Shown: positions 1-7,802, numbered from the stretch's first letter. The stretch is 10,358 bases of DNA from Myxococcota bacterium (GCA_041288095.1 JBGGMJ010000108.1:1-10358), one strand, 5' to 3'. Program-made: numbers and translations. Notes: generated by a model from the sequence alone, not told the origin.

Positions 1-29
1 TCAGGCGCTAAAGCGGACAAGTCGTTCAT
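1..29 (-). CDS. 5' end of a gene running off the left edge (MNDLSALAP...), product unknown
   Basis: Minus-strand ATG at 29-27, with AGGA (39-36) 6 nt upstream. The frame stays open to the window edge. Only 9 codons are visible. Confidence 0.45.
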
Positions 30-197
30 GACTCATCCTAACATGGGAAATTTTTGCCCCTTTGCAGCCCCGTGGTGCCCCGCAAATGCCAGCGGATGCG
101 AAAATCACGGAAGCCGCCGCGAAAACGCAACAGCGCGCACGCCAACGCGCGCCAAGGCCATTCCAGAGCACGCCGGAAGCGCTAACGCGCCAACACC

Positions 198-239
198 AAA
201 AAACGACGTCAACATCAAAGTGAAGCTACTGTCGTTTTT
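198..239 (-). terminator. Long imperfect hairpin ending in a U6 tract on the minus strand
   Basis: AAAAACGAC (199-207) and GTCGTTTTT (231-239) form a 9-bp outer stem. The inner arms extend with G-U pairs only on the minus strand, which ends in TTTTTT. Confidence 0.3.
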
Positions 240-256
240 CTCACGCCCGCGTACGC

Positions 257-280
257 AAAATGCGCGCTAACGCGCATTTT
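257..280. terminator. Perfect inverted repeat, possible bidirectional intrinsic terminator or operator
   Basis: AAAATGCGCG-CTAA-CGCGCATTTT has 10-bp arms and a 4-nt loop, giving a 4-U tail on either strand. It lies ~180 nt past the rlmKL stop. Confidence 0.4.
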
Positions 281-385
281 CCAAGCGTCCGCTATAGCGA
301 CCAGCCCCGTCGCGAAGCACAACCTCCGGCCCCGCGCAGCAAGCAGGCGCCGAGGCAACCGCCCGCCCCCGGGTCTCCTCCACCC

Positions 386-407
386 CCTCGGTGCAGATCC
401 ACCGAGG
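386..407. repeat. GC-rich inverted repeat 52 nt downstream of the rlmKL stop
   Basis: CCTCGGTG-CAGATC-CACCGAGG: 8-bp stem, 6-nt loop, no U tract. Confidence 0.45.
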
Positions 408-458
408 CCTCAAACAGCAGACGCTAAAACGGGCTCGCAAGTGACCACAACACGAGTC

Positions 459-2558
459 TTACTCGCTACGCGACAACACAAAGCACTGATGAATGCGGGG
501 ATTGCGCTCGAAGTCCTTGGGAATCGTGCTCTTCGTAATGTCCCGCGCCGCCAACCCGTGGAAATCGAGCTCGGCCTCCGCGAGCTTGAAGCGGCGGAAG
601 TTGTTGGAGAAGACGATCTGCCCCCCAGGGTTCAGCAACTTGGAGCAGCCAACCAGGAGCTCGACGTGGTCGCGTTGGACGTCGAAGTCGTGCGCGCGGT
701 CCTTGGAGTTCGAGAAGGTGGGTGGATCGACGAAGATGAGGTCGAAGCGCTCGCGAGCCTCCGCGAGCCAGGCGAGGGCGTCTTCCTGGACCAAACGATT
801 GCTGCGCTCGGAGAGCGAGTTCAAGCGGAAGTTCTTCTCGGCCCAAGCGAGATAGGTGCGGCTGGTGTCGACACTGACGGTCGACGTGGCGCCGCCGCGA
901 GCTGCATAGACGCTCACGGTGCAGGTGTAAGCGAAGAGATTGAGGAAGCTCTTCCCCTGCGCCATCTCGCCGATCAACTTGCGCGTCAGGCGGTGGTCCA
1001 AGAACAAGCCCGTATCGAGGTAGTCGCTGAGATTGACGATGAAGCTGTGTCCGCCTTCGCGAACGGTTACGATCCTGCCCTCGCTATCGTGCCGCTCGTA
1101 TTGCGCGTCGCCCTTTTGCTGCTTGCGCACCTTCACGAAGACGTCGTCGCCGCTAACGCCGAGAGCCTCGGGGATCGCGTGCAAGGCCTCCCGCAAACGC
1201 CGCTGGGCCATGCGAGGATCGATAGTCTTGGGCGGTGCGTACTCCTGCACGTGCACGAGCTTGCCGTAGCGGTCGACCGCCAAAGCGTACTCGGGAATGT
1301 CGCCGTCGTAGAGCCGGTAACATTCGACGCCGGCGCCCTTCGCCCATTTGCCGAGCTTGTCGAGGTTCTTCTTGAGACGGTTCGCGAAAGCGGTCTCACC
1401 CTCGGAGATGCGGAATGAGCGCGGGGTCTCGGCGAGCGTGTAGACGAAGAGCCAGCATGGGATCGAGCCGTTGAAGAAGCTGTAGCGCTTGTCGGCGCGT
1501 AGGCGCATGGCGCCGGCGATCTCGTCCTTGGCGGTCAGCGCGGCGGCGCGCCAGCCGGGAAACTTGGTCTTGAGGACGTTACCGAGCTCTTCGTAGAGGC
1601 TGGCGAGAGAGCGCCCCTCTTCGTCGCCGAGGCGCACGCCGTAGGGAGGGTTCACGACCACGAGGCCCGGGACGAGCTCGTGCGTGAGCGTCGACAAGGT
1701 CGCGCGTTCGATGCGGATGTGTTTGCCCAGACCGGCGGCGTGGGCGCCTTGGGCCGCGAGCTTGGCGCTGCGCGGGTCGGGCTCGAAACCGACGATGGGG
1801 GGCAGCTTGGGGATGCCTTCGGCGCGGCGCACCTTTGCTTCCTCGATGAGCCACTTCCAAGCGTCGGCCTCGTGTCCGCGCCAGCGGAGGAAACCGAAAT
1901 AGTCGCGCAAGAGGCCCGGTGCGACGTCGCCGAGCAGCATGCCGCCCTCGATGAGCAAGGTGCCCGAGCCGCACATCGGGTCGACCAGAGGTGTGTCGAG
2001 GGTCGGAGCCGCGCGCAACAGCACCGCGGCCGCCAGGTTCTCCTTGATTGGCGCCGGCACGTTGCCGTCGCGATAACCGCGCCGGTGCAGGCTCTCGCCC
2101 GAGAGGTCGATGCCGACGCTGGCTCTTCCCGCTTCGAGGTAGACGTTGACGCGGACGTCTGGCCTAGCCACGTCGACCGAGGGCCGCGTGCCGGTGTCGT
2201 CACGCAACCGATCGACGACGGCGTCCTTCACGCGTTGTGCGCCAAAGCGGGTGTGCACCGCCTCCGAGGCGTGCGAGGTGAAGTCGACGGCCATGGTGCC
2301 ACCGGAGTCGAGGTGGTCGCTCCAGCGAATGCCGCGGACCGCATCGTAGAGAGCGTCGGATGATTGAGCGTCGACCTCGGCGATGCGCATGATGATGCGG
2401 CTCGCGAGGCGCGACCAGAGACAGGCTCGGTAGGCGACGCCTAGTCCGCCGCTGAAGGAGACCCCGGCGCGTGTCTGCTGCACGTTGGTCGCGCCGAGCG
2501 CGGTCAGCTCGTCCGCGAGGAGAGGCTCGAGACCCTTGGCAGCCGTCGCGAAAAACAC
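459..2558 (-). CDS. rlmKL: Bifunctional 23S rRNA (G2445-N2)/(G2069-N7)-methyltransferase RlmKL
   Basis: 699-aa ORF. The RlmL half has FATAAKGLE, YRACLWSRLASR, a THUMP region, SLHRRGYR, APIKENLAAA, DPMCGSGT and NPPYG. The RlmK half has FANRLKKN, YRLYDGDIPEY, DYLDTGLFLDHR, LNLFAYT and DPPTFSNSK. GTG start with GAGGGG ~9 nt upstream. Confidence 0.96.
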   Translation of the reverse strand: MFFATAAKGLEPLLADELTALGATNVQQTRAGVSFSGGLGVAYRACLWSRLASRIIMRIAEVDAQSSDALYDAVRGIRWSDHLDSGGTMAVDFTSHASEAVHTRFGAQRVKDAVVDRLRDDTGTRPSVDVARPDVRVNVYLEAGRASVGIDLSGESLHRRGYRDGNVPAPIKENLAAAVLLRAAPTLDTPLVDPMCGSGTLLIEGGMLLGDVAPGLLRDYFGFLRWRGHEADAWKWLIEEAKVRRAEGIPKLPPIVGFEPDPRSAKLAAQGAHAAGLGKHIRIERATLSTLTHELVPGLVVVNPPYGVRLGDEEGRSLASLYEELGNVLKTKFPGWRAAALTAKDEIAGAMRLRADKRYSFFNGSIPCWLFVYTLAETPRSFRISEGETAFANRLKKNLDKLGKWAKGAGVECYRLYDGDIPEYALAVDRYGKLVHVQEYAPPKTIDPRMAQRRLREALHAIPEALGVSGDDVFVKVRKQQKGDAQYERHDSEGRIVTVREGGHSFIVNLSDYLDTGLFLDHRLTRKLIGEMAQGKSFLNLFAYTCTVSVYAARGGATSTVSVDTSRTYLAWAEKNFRLNSLSERSNRLVQEDALAWLAEARERFDLIFVDPPTFSNSKDRAHDFDVQRDHVELLVGCSKLLNPGGQIVFSNNFRRFKLAEAELDFHGLAARDITKSTIPKDFERNPRIHQCFVLSRSE

Positions 2559-2605
2559 GGGTTTCTTCCCCTCATGGCGCCCCAGGGCGCCTTATGCCAC
2601 AGTCC

Positions 2606-2611
2606 TACGCT
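2606..2611 (+). promoter_or_regulatory. Putative -10 hexamer (TACGCT) of a leaderless transcript
   Basis: TANNNT hexamer followed by exactly 6 nt (CCCCCC) and then ATG at 2618. No Shine-Dalgarno sequence is present. Confidence 0.4.
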
Positions 2612-2617
2612 CCCCCC

Positions 2618-3271
2618 ATGAGCATGGCGAATCGTCAGCCCCGAGTGGATACCCGCCTTCCGGTCGTCGAGACCGCAAGCGGCGGGGCCACCTACTACAC
2701 GAAGAACCTCAGTATGGGAGGCCTCTTCTTGCTCAGCGAGAAGCGCTGGCCCGTGGGTAGTGAGCTGAATCTCACGATTGCCTTCGGCCGCGCCCGCCTA
2801 CCCATCAATGCGCGGGTCACCCACCTGCAGCGCGACGGCGTGGGCATGTGCTTCATGGAGCCCAGCGACGCGGTGCGGGAAGCGCTGCGCTTGCTCATCG
2901 CCTCGCAGATCCCCGTGAACGAGCCCTCGCGCGCCGGCGCCATCGCGCGCGCCGTTGGTCTAGGTGGCGGGCCTTCGGTGGTCATCGCATGGAGCGACGG
3001 CAAGCTCCGCCACGAAGCCACGGTGCGCCGTCTCACCATGCACGGCGGGTTCTTCGAAACCCCGGACCGCCCCGACATCGGCTCGAACATCATGGTCTAC
3101 GTGCCGTCGAGCTTCGAAAACGAAGACGCCGAGATCGAGCATGAGCTGCGCGGCTGCAGCGCCGAGGTGACGGCGCACTCCGAAGAGGGCTTCGACGCCC
3201 GCTTCACGGTGCCGAGCGCCGAGTTTCGTATGGCGCTCGAGCGCCTGCTGCGAGAGCTTCCCGCGACGTGA
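2618..3271 (+). CDS. Tandem PilZ-domain protein (second domain degenerate)
   Basis: NRQPRV...TKNLSMGGLFL...WPVGSELNL...ARVTHLQRDGVGMCF matches the PilZ pattern (N-x-S-x-x-G). A second copy reads RRLTMHGGFFET...IGSNIMV...AEVTAHSEEGFDARF. The ORF-track start at 2471 overlaps rlmKL, so the real start is probably ATG 2618 (alternatives 2594 and 2624). Confidence 0.8.
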   Translation: MSMANRQPRVDTRLPVVETASGGATYYTKNLSMGGLFLLSEKRWPVGSELNLTIAFGRARLPINARVTHLQRDGVGMCFMEPSDAVREALRLLIASQIPVNEPSRAGAIARAVGLGGGPSVVIAWSDGKLRHEATVRRLTMHGGFFETPDRPDIGSNIMVYVPSSFENEDAEIEHELRGCSAEVTAHSEEGFDARFTVPSAEFRMALERLLRELPAT

Positions 3272-4173
3272 CCGCCGCACCGCTGCCGCCCGAGAGCTCC
3301 ATTGCCCGGCGTTACGGAGCGGCACGCGTGACCCTCGCCATCGCCGCGGTGCTCTTCTCCACCGGCGGCGCCGCCATCAAGATGTCGGTGCTCACGTCGT
3401 GGCAGGTCGCCTGCCTGCGCAGCGGCATCGCCACGCTCGTACTCGCCGTCGCTTGGCCGCTTGGGCGGACAGGTTGGACGCGCCGCACCCTCGTGGTCGC
3501 CATCACGTACGCGACGTGCGTGGTGTCGTTCGTTTCGGCGACCAAGCTCACCACCGCGGCCAACGCCATCTACATTCAGTCGACCGCTCCGCTCTACATC
3601 CTGTTGGTGGCGCCGTTGGTGCTGCGCGAACGCATCCGGCGTCACGACTACGTCATCGTCGCCCTCATCGCCGCCGGGCTCCTCGCCTTCTTCATCTCGG
3701 CGGACGCGCCGCAGGCCAGCGCGCCGAATCCCCTGCTCGGCAACGGTCTCGCGGTGATCTCGGGTCTTTCGTATGCCGGCATGCTCATCGGCTTTCGCTG
3801 GATGCAAAAGCCCGGGCCCGGTCATGCCGACGCCGCCACGGTCATCGTCGCCGGCAACCTGCTCGCCGCTCTGGTGTGCGTCCCACTCGCTTGGCCGCTG
3901 CCCGCGATGGGTACCGTCGACTGGTCGGTGGTCGGCTTTCTCGGCATCGTGCAAATCGGCATCGCCTACGTGCTCGTCACCCGCGGCGTGAAGCATGTCC
4001 CTGCCTTCGAAGCCTCGCTCATCTTGCTCCTCGAGCCGGCTCTCAACCCGGTATGGACGTGGCTCACCCTGGGTGAAGTACCGAGCCGGCTCGCCATCTG
4101 CGGTGGCCTGCTCATCCTGTCGGCGACGGTCGCCAAAAGCTGGCTCGAAGCCCGAGCGCCGACCACGACCTAG
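3268..4173 (+). CDS. DMT superfamily / EamA-type transporter
   Basis: ~300 aa with about ten hydrophobic segments in two repeats. Motifs: AVLFSTGG..IK, LTTAANAIYIQSTAPLY..L..PLVLRERI, ASLILLLEPALNPVW.W...GE.P. The GTG start overlaps the PilZ stop (GTGA). Alternative start is GTG 3328 with GGAG at 3316-3319. Confidence 0.92.
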   Translation: MTAAPLPPESSIARRYGAARVTLAIAAVLFSTGGAAIKMSVLTSWQVACLRSGIATLVLAVAWPLGRTGWTRRTLVVAITYATCVVSFVSATKLTTAANAIYIQSTAPLYILLVAPLVLRERIRRHDYVIVALIAAGLLAFFISADAPQASAPNPLLGNGLAVISGLSYAGMLIGFRWMQKPGPGHADAATVIVAGNLLAALVCVPLAWPLPAMGTVDWSVVGFLGIVQIGIAYVLVTRGVKHVPAFEASLILLLEPALNPVWTWLTLGEVPSRLAICGGLLILSATVAKSWLEARAPTTT

Positions 4174-7100
4174 TCGATCCCGTCCATCGAGAAGAAGAAC
4201 GCGGCGCCGTCGTCGACGCTGGCGCCGCCCGCCGACAGCGCTTTCGAGGCGGGTGCGCCGACGACGATGCGGGTTCGGGTGGCGCCGCGGCGAGCCGCGA
4301 TGGCTTCACCGAAGCGGCCGTCAGCCACGGCCTCGCCGCCCAGCCGCACCAGCAAGCGGTCGGAGAGACCGGCGCTCGTCGTGGTCACCACGTATTCGAA
4401 GCCAAAGACGGCTCCGCTCTTCGCGACCCCGTTGTCGCTCGAGAGCGGCGTGCCGACCAGCACCACGCCGGCCTTGCCCGCCAGCGCCGGCAAGGCGGCG
4501 ACGGAGGTTCCAAACTGTTCGCCGCCGGCGCTGCCGATCAGCACGTCAGCCTCGTCGGTGTCCGCAAAAGCGGTTACGGGGTATGGCGCCGCGGTCGACG
4601 TCGGCATGCCCGCGAGCCGCTCGCCCGGCACCACCCACACGGCTCCGAGCTGAACACCCAGCTGGTTGACGGTGTTGGAGGTCACGACCAGCTCGTTGAC
4701 CATGCGGCCGCCCACCGCTTTGCCGTCGAGGTCGGCGGCCGCGAGCGCGCGACCGGCACCGCCGGCGGGGATCTGCGAGCGCAACATGGCGAAGCGAGGC
4801 CCCGCGGTGCACGACACGCCGGTGCCGAACACCACGAGGACGCCGCCTTCGTTCGGCACCGTCGACGACGACTCCCAGCGGTCCGCGGCAACCGCGAGCT
4901 CGTCACAGCCGTCGCCGTCGATGTCGCCGAGCGGCAGGAGCTCGGCGCCCATACGGTCCCCGGTGACAAAACCGCGCACGTCGAGCACGGGCGAGCACAA
5001 GACCTTGGTCTTGCCGGCGACGGGCCCTTGGCCGAGGTAGACGCGAAAGCCACCAACGGTGGCGATGGGTGTGGCGTCCAGACTCGGCCAGGTGACACCG
5101 CCGACCGCGAGATCGCGCTTGCCGTCGCCGTTGAAATCGAAGTCGCCGGCGACGCTCGCGAGCTCGCCGGTCGGGCTGAAGACGACGAAGCGCGGCATAG
5201 GGTCGAGGCCGCCAGCGACGCTCCCATAGACGTAAGCAGCGCCTGTCGAACCTGGGCAGGTGGCGTCGACCTGGAAGCTCGCGGGCAAAGTCGCGGGTCG
5301 CCCCTCGCGCAGCGCCAGTACGCCGAGGTCGGCACGGCCGTCGCCGTCGAAGTCGCCCAAACGGGCCACGCGATTTCCGAACTGATCGCCGGCGCCGTGC
5401 AAAACGTGCTTCTCGAGCACCGCGAGTGGCGTGCTCTGACCGCCACGATACACCATGACCCGCCCGGCGTTGATGCCGTCATTGGTGGCGACACCGACCG
5501 CGACGTTGGCGAGCGGCGCGCCCACCGCCACCTCGTCGATGCCGTCACCGTCGAGGTCACCGAGCAGCGCTACCGAAGCTCCGTGCTGCTGCAAGGCGGA
5601 GCGACCGGGCATCCCCATGTCGACGTCGAGAGCCCCGCCATCGGCGGCACGCAGCCGCAGCGCCCCGAAGTTCACGCCTTCGCTGTCGCCATCGCGGACA
5701 TGCACGACGATGTCGGCACGGCCGTCACCGTCGACGTCACCCGCGGCGGCGATCACGTTGCCGAAGCGGTCGAGAGCGACACCGCTCTCCATGGTGCGCG
5801 CCGCGACGCTCGCCGGCAGACCGCCGGGGACGCCGGCATGCACGCGGGCGACGCCGGCATCCGTGAGGCTCGGCAGGTCGAAGCCGATACAGCCGACGAA
5901 AAGCTCGCTGGCGCCGTCGCCGTCCGCGTCGACGGCGTCGACCGAACCGCCGCACAGCTGGCCGGCCGCCGACCCATCGTAGGTGGCGTCCGCCTGCGCG
6001 GTCGTGATGTCGGCCCCATCGAGCACCGCCCGGAACACCAGAGCGCGACCGTTGGGTGTCGAGCGCTCGCCGGTGAGGATCTCTGGACGGCCGTCGCCGT
6101 CGAGGTCGCGAAGCGCAAGGCCGCGACCGAGCTCGGTGGCGGCGGCTCCCGCGATGGCTCGGATGATCATCGCGGGTCTCGGGTCGGGAGCGCCGCCGGC
6201 GTCGAAGCGGTAGACCACCAAGGCACCGTAGGCGGCCGTCGCGCCGCTCGGCACGTAGCCGGCCGCCGTCGAGACCAGCTCGCAGCGGCCGTCGCCATCG
6301 AGGTCCGCCGCGGCGAGCACGCTACCGAGACGGAGATTCGCGACCGCGTCCAAGGTGCCGCCGACGTTCGGCAGCGCGCCGTAGAGTGCCCGCTCATTGG
6401 CCGTGTCCAGACCATCGGGTGAGCCCGAGAAGATGCGAATGGCTCCCTGATTGGCGACCAGCGCTTGGGCGGCGACGCTCTCGCTCTGCGGCGCGCCCAC
6501 CGCCAAGTCGGTGATGCCGTCGCCGTCGAAGTCGCAGGCCGCGAGCGCTTGGCCAGCGAGGTCGAGCGGTGCGCGACCGAGGATGGTCTGGCGAGCCTCG
6601 GTGGCGAAGAGCTCGCCCGTCGGGGACGGCGCGAAGACGCGCACCAGACCAGCGTCCGCGAAAGCGGCGTCGGCATTCGGCGCTCCCACGGCGAGCTCGA
6701 GCATGCCGTCGCCGTCGAAATCGCCTAGAGCGATCGAGGTTCCGAAGCGCTCGCGATTCGCGGCGCCGGAGATGGTCAGCGTCGGTTGCCAGCGTCCGCC
6801 GAACGCGGGAGCGCCGCGATAGACGTAAACGGCGCCGGAGAGCGCGTGCGCGTACGAGGTATCGGCATAGCCGACGATGACGTCGGCATAGCCGTCGCCG
6901 TCGAGGTCACGCGCCTCGATGGCCGGCATGAAGATGGCGGTGAAGATGTCCTTGTCACCGCCACGGGCGAACGGTGCTTCAAGCGGCGGCGCGACGTCGA
7001 GGGTCACACGCGTAGTCTGCTCCGTGAAGACGTCGGTGACGGTGAGGGTTTGCGACCCAGGCGCCAGCGCCTCGAGCATGCCGTCTTGAAAGCGCGAGAC

Positions 7101-7802
7101 GATCCCGTCCGCGTCTGCGCTCACATGACCGCTCCCGCCGCGAACGTGCAAGGTCGTGCGCGAGCCGACCGGCAAGGCGATGTGCGCTGGGCTCGCCTGC
7201 AAAACCGCGTCGAAGCTCACTTGGATCGTGGCGTCACGTGTCGTCTTGGTGACGCTGTCGGTAACCCGAACGACATCGACGCCGGTTCGTGGCCCAGCGG
7301 TGTAAACTCCGGCTGGTGTGATGACCGCGCCGGAGACCGTCGAGTGAACCTCGTAGGTGAACGAGCCCGAGCCCATGCTCGCACGCATCGCGAAGCTCGT
7401 TCCCGGCGGCACGCTCGCGGTGCCCGGTTGCACGACCAAGAGCTGAGGAACTTCGACGATGGCGACGGCCTCGCCCTCGCACTCCGCGGCGGTGACACGG
7501 ATCCGATCGCGAACGCCGGTGGTCGCCCCCGCGAGGTATGATCCGTCGTCCGGGTTGATGTGTGCCCCTGACGCGTTGTCAGAGATGTCGAACGCATATT
7601 CACCACGCCCGCCGCTCGCCGATAGCTTCACGAGGGCAAGCGGCGCGACGACTGCGACCTCTGGGGAGAGCGTCAACGGCGGATTGCACGTGGGTAAACC
7701 CTCACGGCGCTCGCGTGTCCCGCCAATAAATCCATTACAACCCGCGATGTAGATCACGAGCAGCGACAACTTGGCAGTGCGCAAAACGACCATGCAAGCC
7801 AT
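4170..7802 (-). CDS. Predicted lipoprotein with three Ig-like repeats and 14 FG-GAP (integrin-alpha beta-propeller) repeats
   Basis: The signal MACMVVLRTAKLSLLVIYIAG-C has a lipobox-like IAGC (Cys codon 7739-7737). Three ~75-aa beta-rich repeats follow (~7676-6993). There are 11 intact D-x-[DN]-G-D-G-x-x-[DE] loops plus 3 degenerate blades with FG...GAP/GTP motifs. Start is ATG 7802 or 7793; the 8009 start overlaps the divergent gene and is rejected. Confidence 0.9.
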   Translation of the reverse strand: MACMVVLRTAKLSLLVIYIAGCNGFIGGTRERREGLPTCNPPLTLSPEVAVVAPLALVKLSASGGRGEYAFDISDNASGAHINPDDGSYLAGATTGVRDRIRVTAAECEGEAVAIVEVPQLLVVQPGTASVPPGTSFAMRASMGSGSFTYEVHSTVSGAVITPAGVYTAGPRTGVDVVRVTDSVTKTTRDATIQVSFDAVLQASPAHIALPVGSRTTLHVRGGSGHVSADADGIVSRFQDGMLEALAPGSQTLTVTDVFTEQTTRVTLDVAPPLEAPFARGGDKDIFTAIFMPAIEARDLDGDGYADVIVGYADTSYAHALSGAVYVYRGAPAFGGRWQPTLTISGAANRERFGTSIALGDFDGDGMLELAVGAPNADAAFADAGLVRVFAPSPTGELFATEARQTILGRAPLDLAGQALAACDFDGDGITDLAVGAPQSESVAAQALVANQGAIRIFSGSPDGLDTANERALYGALPNVGGTLDAVANLRLGSVLAAADLDGDGRCELVSTAAGYVPSGATAAYGALVVYRFDAGGAPDPRPAMIIRAIAGAAATELGRGLALRDLDGDGRPEILTGERSTPNGRALVFRAVLDGADITTAQADATYDGSAAGQLCGGSVDAVDADGDGASELFVGCIGFDLPSLTDAGVARVHAGVPGGLPASVAARTMESGVALDRFGNVIAAAGDVDGDGRADIVVHVRDGDSEGVNFGALRLRAADGGALDVDMGMPGRSALQQHGASVALLGDLDGDGIDEVAVGAPLANVAVGVATNDGINAGRVMVYRGGQSTPLAVLEKHVLHGAGDQFGNRVARLGDFDGDGRADLGVLALREGRPATLPASFQVDATCPGSTGAAYVYGSVAGGLDPMPRFVVFSPTGELASVAGDFDFNGDGKRDLAVGGVTWPSLDATPIATVGGFRVYLGQGPVAGKTKVLCSPVLDVRGFVTGDRMGAELLPLGDIDGDGCDELAVAADRWESSSTVPNEGGVLVVFGTGVSCTAGPRFAMLRSQIPAGGAGRALAAADLDGKAVGGRMVNELVVTSNTVNQLGVQLGAVWVVPGERLAGMPTSTAAPYPVTAFADTDEADVLIGSAGGEQFGTSVAALPALAGKAGVVLVGTPLSSDNGVAKSGAVFGFEYVVTTTSAGLSDRLLVRLGGEAVADGRFGEAIAARRGATRTRIVVGAPASKALSAGGASVDDGAAFFFSMDGID

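Noticed and set aside
28..270. 80-aa + strand ORF in the intergenic region
   Set aside because: No clear RBS, weak GC3 bias, no recognisable motif, and it runs across the hairpin array.
359..387. G-rich minus-strand tract as a possible G-quadruplex
   Set aside because: It has only three runs of three or more G, which is unremarkable at this GC content, and it competes with the 386-407 hairpin.
30..458. CRISPR array, integron attC/attI, oriC or tRNA in the intergenic region
   Set aside because: There are no regularly spaced 23-47-bp repeats, no paired RYYYAAC/GTTRRRY boxes, no DnaA boxes, no cloverleaf, and no cas or integrase gene in view.
441..1418. 325-aa + strand ORF (and 1680-2363) antisense to rlmKL
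   Set aside because: In-register antisense shadow ORFs are expected in high-GC coding DNA. They have no recognisable motifs, while the opposite strand is clearly RlmKL.
3097..3996. 299-aa minus ORF opposite the DMT gene; 353-aa minus ORF 8371-9432 opposite the CxxCH gene
   Set aside because: Both are antisense shadows of well-supported genes and have no independent features.
5028..7541. Long + strand ORFs (464 aa, 251 aa) opposite the FG-GAP gene
   Set aside because: Their repeated AVAVEV motifs are simply the reverse-complement reading of the DxDGDG codons.
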